A DNA stretch of 32,000 nt, taken from contig NZ_LN831024.1 of the NCBI RefSeq assembly GCF_001457615.1, positions 3,210,001 to 3,242,000 of the forward strand, read 5' to 3'. Shown here piece after piece: positions 25,013-32,000 of this stretch. Made by a program: the position numbers and the translations under genes. The notes below the pieces were generated by a model that made no database searches, was not told the origin of the DNA, and saw only the letters and a program-made list of their open reading frames with translations. The stretch comes from Pseudomonas aeruginosa. GTDB lineage: Bacteria; Pseudomonadota; Gammaproteobacteria; Pseudomonadales; Pseudomonadaceae. Position 1 is the first letter of the stretch. Each line of letters opens with the position of its first letter.

Positions 25013-27607
25013 TCAAGGGCGGCGCGCAGCATGGCCCTCGGCGGAAACCTGTGGCGCCTGGGTCTGCCCCGCCTCGCGCGCCAGCAGGTCGCGCAGGCCC
25101 TGCGCATCCAGCGGCCGGCTGAGCAGGAATCCTTGCAGTTCGTGGCATTGCTCGTCGCGCAGGATATGCATCTGCCCTTCGGTCTCCACCCCCTCGGCGG
25201 TGACCCGCAGGTTCAGGGCGTTGCCGAGATTGATGATGGCCTGCACGATCGAACGGTCGCGCCCGGTCTTCTCCATGCTGGCGACGAAGCGCTTGTCGAT
25301 CTTGATGCTGTCGAAGGGATAGGTGCGCAGGTAGCCGAGCGAGGAATAGCCGGTACCGAAGTCGTCCATGTTGAGGCGGACGCCCAGCTCCTTGAGGGCC
25401 GTCATGGTCCGCAGCGCGCCATCGACATCGTTGAGCATGACGTTCTCGGTGACTTCCAGCTCCAGCCGGCGAGCATCCAGGCGGGCCAGGCGCAGGGCCT
25501 CGCGCACCTGCCAGACGATATCGCCGGTCATGAACTGCGCCGGCGACACGTTCACCGAGACCATCACCTCGCCTGGCCAGCTGGCGGCGGTGGCGCAGGC
25601 CTCGCGCAGCACCCAGTTGCCGATCTGTACGATCAGGTCGCTTTCTTCCGCCAGGCCGATGAACTCGTCCGGGCCGATCAGCCCGCGGCGCGGATGGTTC
25701 CAGCGGATCAACGCCTCCGCCGAGGCGATCGTCTGTTCCTGCGCCAGGAAACGCGGCTGGTAGTACAACTCGAACTCGCCGTTCTGCAAGGCGGCGCGCA
25801 ACTCGGTCTCGCGCAGCTTCTTCTCGGCGAGATGGGAGTCCATGGCTTCCAAGTAGAAACGCCAGGTATTGCGCCCCGCGGCCTTGGCCTCGTACATCGC
25901 CACGTCGGCGCAACGCAGCAGGCCGCGCGGATCGCCGCCGTGCTCCGGCGCCAGGGCCACGCCGATGCTGGCGCCGACATGGAAGCTGTGCCCTTCGTAG
26001 GCGACCTCGCGGTTGATCACGTCGATCAGCCGGCTACAGAACTTCTCGATTTCCAGCTTCGACGACACGTGGGTACTGACCACCACGAACTCGTCGCCGC
26101 CGAGCCGGGCAACCATGTCCTGGTCGCGGGTCGAGGCGCGCAGCCGTTCGGCGATGGCGTAGAGCACCGCATCGCCGGCGGGATGGCCGTGCTGGTCGTT
26201 GATCGGCTTGAAGCGGTCGAGGTCGAGCATCAGTACCGCTACCGGCGACTTGCCAGCCTTTTCCGCCAGCAGGCGTTCGAGGAACTGGAACAGCTTGTTG
26301 CGGTTCGGCAGGCCGGTCAGGGCATCGTGCAGGGACAGATGCTGGATCTTCGCATGGGCTTCGACCTCGTCGGTGATGTCGGCCGCCGTGCCGCGATAGC
26401 CGCTGGCGACGCCGTTGCGGATCGCGCTGGCGCTCAGCTTGCCGACCCGCGCCTGGCCCTGGCTGTCGCGGAAAGCGCAGACCAGGCTGGACGGCGCACC
26501 GGCATCGGGCAGCCCTTCCAGCCACTTGACGATGTTCACCGTATCGCTATCCAGCAACTCGTCCAGCCGCCGCCCGATCCAGGCCTCCGGCTGGTAGCCG
26601 GTGACGTCGCGGAAGCGCACGGAGAGATAGGTGAAGACGAAATGCCCGTCGACTTCCCAGATCCAGTCCGAGGCCGCCTCGGCTATCGACTTGAAACGTT
26701 CCTCGCTGGCCAGCAGGGCCTGGTTGCTGCGTTTCAGGACCTTCTGCTGGCGATCCACCGCGCGGGCGTTGAGCACGGCGCTGCGGCTCAGCCAGAACAG
26801 CAGCCCGGCGGCGAGCACGAAGATTCCCAGCAGCGGCAACGCGGTCTCCCGCAGCATGGCGCTACCCGGACGCGACGACACCCAGGCCAGGCGATGGGGA
26901 GTGCCCTCCAGGGCAAGGCTTTCCTTGTCGCCCGCCGCACCGCCGGCCAGCAGGTGCAGGTTGGCGATGCCGTAGTCGCCGCCGAGCTTGGCCAGCTTCA
27001 CCGGGGTCAGCCGGTCGACGAAGACCATCACCGAGGCCTTGGCCAGGTCGATGGGCGCATGATCGCTGGTGGGCTTGATCGCCGAGGCGACCAGGATCGC
27101 CGGTGCGCCGTCGAAGTCGACGTAGCGGCTGATCGCCGCCTCGTCCACCGCGGCGCGGCGGGCGGCGCTGAGGATGTCTCCGGCATCGGCGCCCAGCGAG
27201 TCGGCCAGCGAGCGTTCGGAAAGCTCGCCCTCGAGCATGGCGTAGCGAGTGCCACGGTCGTCGATGACGAAGACGCCGTCGTAGCCATTGGTGGTGTAGA
27301 GCACCGAGCCGAGGTTGTTCTTGGTGAAGGCCCAGTCCACGTCGACCCGGTTTCCCAGATAGACGTAGGCGTCGGTCCAGAAGGAATAGGTGGTGGAGAA
27401 CTGCTCGGAATTTTCCCGGCGATTCTGCAGCGCCTTTTCCACGTAGAAATGGCTCTGCTCGATGGCGATGTCGTCCTGGTGCCTGGCGATGTGCAGGATC
27501 GCCCAGCCGCATGCACCGAGGGCGAGGAAAAGGGCGGCCAGGAACATTAGGAGATGCTTGGAGACCTGGGAGACTGCGGTACCGCTGGCAATCGCTGAAG
27601 CAAGCAT
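25013..27607 (-). CDS. membrane-anchored sensor with CHASE4-like periplasmic domain, PAS, GGDEF (diguanylate cyclase) and EAL (c-di-GMP phosphodiesterase)
   Basis: 864 aa; TM segment plus periplasmic domain with FWTDAYVYL; PAS ([33 protein letters not shown]); LGGDEFVV with upstream I-site RDQD; EAL motif in [15 protein letters not shown] and [10 protein letters not shown]. Confidence 0.93.
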   Translation of the reverse strand: MLASAIASGTAVSQVSKHLLMFLAALFLALGACGWAILHIARHQDDIAIEQSHFYVEKALQNRRENSEQFSTTYSFWTDAYVYLGNRVDVDWAFTKNNLGSVLYTTNGYDGVFVIDDRGTRYAMLEGELSERSLADSLGADAGDILSAARRAAVDEAAISRYVDFDGAPAILVASAIKPTSDHAPIDLAKASVMVFVDRLTPVKLAKLGGDYGIANLHLLAGGAAGDKESLALEGTPHRLAWVSSRPGSAMLRETALPLLGIFVLAAGLLFWLSRSAVLNARAVDRQQKVLKRSNQALLASEERFKSIAEAASDWIWEVDGHFVFTYLSVRFRDVTGYQPEAWIGRRLDELLDSDTVNIVKWLEGLPDAGAPSSLVCAFRDSQGQARVGKLSASAIRNGVASGYRGTAADITDEVEAHAKIQHLSLHDALTGLPNRNKLFQFLERLLAEKAGKSPVAVLMLDLDRFKPINDQHGHPAGDAVLYAIAERLRASTRDQDMVARLGGDEFVVVSTHVSSKLEIEKFCSRLIDVINREVAYEGHSFHVGASIGVALAPEHGGDPRGLLRCADVAMYEAKAAGRNTWRFYLEAMDSHLAEKKLRETELRAALQNGEFELYYQPRFLAQEQTIASAEALIRWNHPRRGLIGPDEFIGLAEESDLIVQIGNWVLREACATAASWPGEVMVSVNVSPAQFMTGDIVWQVREALRLARLDARRLELEVTENVMLNDVDGALRTMTALKELGVRLNMDDFGTGYSSLGYLRTYPFDSIKIDKRFVASMEKTGRDRSIVQAIINLGNALNLRVTAEGVETEGQMHILRDEQCHELQGFLLSRPLDAQGLRDLLAREAGQTQAPQVSAEGHAARRP

Positions 27608-27740
27608 CGATTCGCCATCCTTGTGACCGTATAGGTGCGGGCCTTGGTCACTGTCTTATAGTTAAGCATCCAGGGGGCGTCAAAAACCCCGCTTGGCAAG
27701 CGCATCGGCGCCGAAGATGCGGCTGCCGCTCCCGCAAAGG

Positions 27741-27771
27741 CGCGCGCCGCCGCTGGCCTCGGCGGCGCGCG
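27741..27771 (-). terminator. GC hairpin just downstream of fusA2
   Basis: Perfect 12-bp stem CGCGCGCCGCCG (27741-27752) / CGGCGGCGCGCG (27760-27771), 7-nt loop, 7 nt beyond the fusA2 stop at 27779. Confidence 0.5.
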
Positions 27772-27778
27772 GCGGCTC

Positions 27779-29887
<2,109 letters not shown>

Positions 29888-30162
29888 GATCTGCCCCTTG
29901 GGTGCTGCCCTGGATGATGGGAACGACTGCTGAAAGAAAAATGTAGCTGAAGAAAGGACGCCACAGCACCGCCGCGACGCCTGCTTTTCGACCTCGGCAG
30001 AGGGGACTGGTTCTGCCGCTCCGGCCCGCCGACGAAAGGCGCAACGGCAGGGCTTGTTCCCAGCGGACATAAACTCATGGCGCAAAGGTCTAAGCCGTCC
30101 CTGGAAAATCCCCCGGCTCGACGGACATCCGTGGACACACCGGAACAAGGGATGCCCCGACC

Positions 30163-32000
30163 ATGCACCGATCGCTCCACACCGACCCGCCGCTGGGCGC
30201 CGCCCTGCTGCTGGCCCTGCAGCTCGCTCCCGGCAGCGCCGCCGCGGCGGAGGGACAGGCGCCTGTCGACCCGCCCACGGTCCAGTTGCAACGAATCGAG
30301 GTGACCGGTAGCGCGATCCGCCGGGTCGATGCGGAAACCGCGGTGCCGATCAGCGTCCTGCGCGCCGAGGAGCTGCGCCAACAGGGCGTGACCAGCACCG
30401 AGGAACTGATCGGCCGGCTTTCCGGCAACCAGGGCGTATACAACTCCAGTCGCTCGGTCGGCAGCGCCACCGGCGGCGCCTCGTTCGCCGACCTGCGCGG
30501 GATCGGCGCGAACAAGACCCTGGTGCTGCTCAACGGCCGGCGCCTGGCGAACAATGCCATCGACGGCTCCGCCGTGGATCTCAACACCATTCCCTTCGCC
30601 GCCATCGACCGGGTCGAGGTGCTGCGCGACGGCGCCTCCGCACTGTACGGCACCGATGCCATCGGCGGGGTGATCAACTTCATCACCCGCAAGAGCCTGA
30701 ACGAAGGCCGCGTCGACAGCGGCTACGCCTCCCCCACCCACGACGGCGGCGGCAACCAGCGCAACGTCAGCGCTAGCTGGGGCTTCGGCGAGCTGGAGGA
30801 GGATCGCTTCAATGTCTTCGCGGTGGCCAACTACGACAAGCAGGAACGCCTCGGCGCCAAGGACCGCGGCTACACCTACAACTACCAGCCGGGACGCGGC
30901 CTCGACTACAGCTCCGGCACCGCCTTCCCCGGCAACTGGAGCCAGGGCGCCAACGCCAGCAATCCGCTGGCCGCCGGCGGTTGCAAGGGCGCCGACCTGA
31001 TCCCGCGCAACGGCATCTGCCGGCAGAGCCTGTGGCGCTACCTCGACCTGGTGCCGGAAACCGAGAAGACCTCGGTGTTCAGCCGCGCCACCGGCAAGCT
31101 GGCCGACGAGCACAACGTCAGTCTGGAGTACTTCTGGTCGCGCAACGACAACGCTACCCAGGTCGGCCCAGGGACCCTCACCGGCCTGCAGATCGATCCC
31201 GGCACCGCCTTCTATCCCGGCAACGGCATCACTCCCGGTCCCGGCGGCTTCGTCCTCGACCCGAGCCGGCCGGTGGAGGTCAACTGGCGGCAGAGCGTGC
31301 TCGGGCCGCGCCTGCAATCCTCGCAGAACACCGGCCAGCGCCTGCTGCTCGGCTTCGACGGCCAGTTCGCCGGCTGGGACTACGATATCGGCGCCTCGTA
31401 CAACCAGAACAAGGTGGTCGACCATATCCACAGCGGCTACGTCGACGATCGCGCCGCCGCCCTCGGCATCGCCAACGGGACGCTGAACCCGTTCGGGCCG
31501 CAGACCGACGCCGGCCTCGCCTACCTCGGCAGCCATGCCCTGAGCGGCGACTTCCGTACCTCGGTCGGCCGCGTCAAGGGCCTGGACGCCCGCGCCAGCC
31601 GGGAGATCGGCGACTGGTTCGGCGCCGGGCCGGCGGCCCTGGCGCTGGGCGGCGAGTTCCGCAAGGAAGCGTTCCACCAGGACATCCAGGACTTCGCCGG
31701 CAACGTGCAGAGCCTCGGCGTCGATCCCGCCGCCACGGTCAGCGGCGAGCGCAACCTGAAGGCGCAGTACGCCGAACTCAACGTGCCGGTGCTGGACAGC
31801 CTGGAACTCAGCGCGGCGATCCGCCACGACAAGTACAGCGACTTCGGCAGCACCAGCAACCCGAAATATTCGTTCCGCTTCCAGCCGTTCCGCCAGTTGG
31901 TCCTGCGCGGCGCCTACAGCGAAGGTTTCCGTGCGCCGTCGCTGTACGAACTGTACAACCCGACCTTCACCACCTATACCAGCGCCAACTACGACGACCC
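30163..32000 (+). CDS. TonB-dependent outer-membrane receptor (no STN domain), 3' end outside window
   Basis: Open frame from ATG 30163 to the window end: [31 protein letters not shown]...[32 protein letters not shown]...[67 protein letters not shown].... Absent from the ORF track because no stop is present. Confidence 0.92.
   Translation, partial: MHRSLHTDPPLGAALLLALQLAPGSAAAAEGQAPVDPPTVQLQRIEVTGSAIRRVDAETAVPISVLRAEELRQQGVTSTEELIGRLSGNQGVYNSSRSVGSATGGASFADLRGIGANKTLVLLNGRRLANNAIDGSAVDLNTIPFAAIDRVEVLRDGASALYGTDAIGGVINFITRKSLNEGRVDSGYASPTHDGGGNQRNVSASWGFGELEEDRFNVFAVANYDKQERLGAKDRGYTYNYQPGRGLDYSSGTAFPGNWSQGANASNPLAAGGCKGADLIPRNGICRQSLWRYLDLVPETEKTSVFSRATGKLADEHNVSLEYFWSRNDNATQVGPGTLTGLQIDPGTAFYPGNGITPGPGGFVLDPSRPVEVNWRQSVLGPRLQSSQNTGQRLLLGFDGQFAGWDYDIGASYNQNKVVDHIHSGYVDDRAAALGIANGTLNPFGPQTDAGLAYLGSHALSGDFRTSVGRVKGLDARASREIGDWFGAGPAALALGGEFRKEAFHQDIQDFAGNVQSLGVDPAATVSGERNLKAQYAELNVPVLDSLELSAAIRHDKYSDFGSTSNPKYSFRFQPFRQLVLRGAYSEGFRAPSLYELYNPTFTTYTSANYDD

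Noticed and set aside
25031-27550. 839-aa plus-strand ORF opposite the GGDEF/EAL gene
   Set aside because: Antisense shadow of a well-supported coding gene; no recognisable domain.

Overview
This 32 kb window is high-GC Pseudomonas DNA. Gene order and protein content match what I recall of the Pseudomonas aeruginosa PA2093-PA2070 region; that assignment is from memory and no database was searched. From left to right:
(1) A long minus-strand array: partial ECF sigma factor, two MFS transporters, a flavin-dependent (LLM/SsuD-like) monooxygenase, a TonB-dependent receptor with an N-terminal STN signalling domain, a SAM methyltransferase, a small Cys-rich conserved protein, an alpha/beta hydrolase, a ring-hydroxylating dioxygenase beta subunit, a class-B asparagine synthetase, and a Rieske dioxygenase alpha subunit.
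(2) The kynurenine block: kynR divergent from kynB-kynU, followed by an amino-acid permease.
(3) Two tandem diheme cytochrome/peroxidase-like secreted oxygenases (oleate dioxygenase/diol synthase pair) with a convergent LysR regulator (odsR).
(4) A 69-aa orphan and a 553-aa protein with a long C-terminal coiled coil.
(5) A nitrilase remnant trapped in a short intergenic gap.
(6) A CHASE4-like/PAS/GGDEF/EAL protein, a second EF-G (fusA2), and a second TonB-dependent receptor truncated by the window end.
The best candidate for an undescribed system is the sigma/TonB/monooxygenase/Rieske/AsnB array at 1-12749. Other items worth a look are the unreported nitrilase scar, the kynR-kynB inverted repeats, and the operator-like elements upstream of the two hypothetical proteins. 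I found no CRISPR, tRNA, rRNA or IS element.
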